DNA from: a virus
Taxonomy: Duplodnaviria > Caudoviricetes
Reading direction: 5' to 3' (one strand)
DNA length: 64,000 bases
Virus record (IMG/VR): IMGVR_UViG_2840949845_000002
Location: 22,434 to 86,433 of that record
Positions 63,428-64,000 of this stretch are shown in pieces; the first letter of the stretch is position 1; each line of letters begins with the position of its first letter. Below the pieces are notes generated by a model, which did not search any database, was not told where the DNA came from, and saw only the letters and a list, made by a program, of their open reading frames with translations. A program made the position numbers and the translations under genes.

Positions 63428-64000
63428 ATGAACGCTATCTATCTCGAAGTCTCGCTACCGACCCGCGAACCGCGAGCCGGTACTCCGGTCGTCTTGCCGG
63501 GTTGGCTGGCAGCTCTCAACCTGTCGCCCGGCGAACTGACCGATCTGACAGATCGCGGCTACCCCGAAACAGGCTATGTGCACGTCGTTGAGGGGCCGCC
63601 TCCCGAGCCGCCGCCGGGCCACGTCGTCGAGCGCGACGGCTGGACGGTCGGCGCGACGACGGCCAGCCCGCATTGGAGCGCGCGGCCCATCACCGACGCC
63701 GAGAGATCGGTGATGGTGGCCGAGCGGATCGCACTGGTCAAAGCTGAGGCCGAGCGGCGCATCCTGAAAATCGCGCCATTGTGGCGGCAGGCAAATCTAA
63801 CCGCCCGCGCTGCCGAGCTGATGCTGCTTTACGGGGTGCGTGGCGATGATCTGCCTGAGCCGCTGCGGAGTGAATATCGCGAAGGCCAAGCCGTGTGGGA
63901 CCGGATAAAGGCCGTCCGCGCGGCGTCTGGTGTGATTGAGGAGGCGGTGGCGATGGCGGCTGATCCGACTACCGTCGATCTGTCGGTGGGCTGGCCGTGA
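63428..64000 (+). CDS. Tail fibre assembly-like protein
   Basis: VKAEAERRILKIAPLWRQANL...WDRIKAVRAAS..IE...GWP. Confidence 0.6.
   Translation: MNAIYLEVSLPTREPRAGTPVVLPGWLAALNLSPGELTDLTDRGYPETGYVHVVEGPPPEPPPGHVVERDGWTVGATTASPHWSARPITDAERSVMVAERIALVKAEAERRILKIAPLWRQANLTARAAELMLLYGVRGDDLPEPLRSEYREGQAVWDRIKAVRAASGVIEEAVAMAADPTTVDLSVGWP

Larger units (their letters stand above)
24828..64000 (+). mobile_element. Mu-like transposable prophage B (siphovirus-type tail); right end outside the window
   Basis: TG terminus, c/ner/A/B, gemA, mor, gp26-gp30, I, T, gp36, G, tail tube, TMP; no sheath or baseplate genes seen. Confidence 0.92.

Noticed and set aside
62739-64000. Tail-fibre variation system (Gin inversion or DGR)
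   Set aside because: No invertase, reverse transcriptase or template/variable repeat pair in the window; the GGC repeats simply encode poly-Gly. The right end is not visible, so it is not excluded there

Overview
High-GC, probably alphaproteobacterial DNA (inferred from a GTTC-N7-GTTC LexA box) consisting of two nested prophages and no host housekeeping genes. (A) 1-24827: part of a lambdoid cos-type temperate phage. It carries GpA/Nu1-type terminase genes, a cosQ-like site, a holin-like gene, a DNA methyltransferase, DUF3164, a second tyrosine recombinase with its own 12-6-12 site, two antirepressor genes each behind a C4-type antisense RNA of different specificity, ParA, an IetAS-type ATPase/S8 protease pair, an HTH+DnaA_N replication initiator, a cro/cI switch with OR/OL operators, a PAS-LuxR operon, xis and int. 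(B) 24828 to the window end: a Mu-like transposable phage with a non-contractile tail, inserted in the last codons of prophage A's integrase. It runs from c, ner, A and B through the lysis, head and tail genes, with com-mom inside the head operon. Best candidates for new biology: (1) a PAS-LuxR / DUF1399-like / CI-C-terminus-mimic operon converging on a non-cleavable repressor, (2) a MuF-nuclease gene followed by a pseudoknotted RNA instead of an immunity ORF, (3) two orthogonal C4 antisense/antirepressor cassettes with co-varying seed and target sequences. All family assignments come from motif recognition by eye; no database searches were run.
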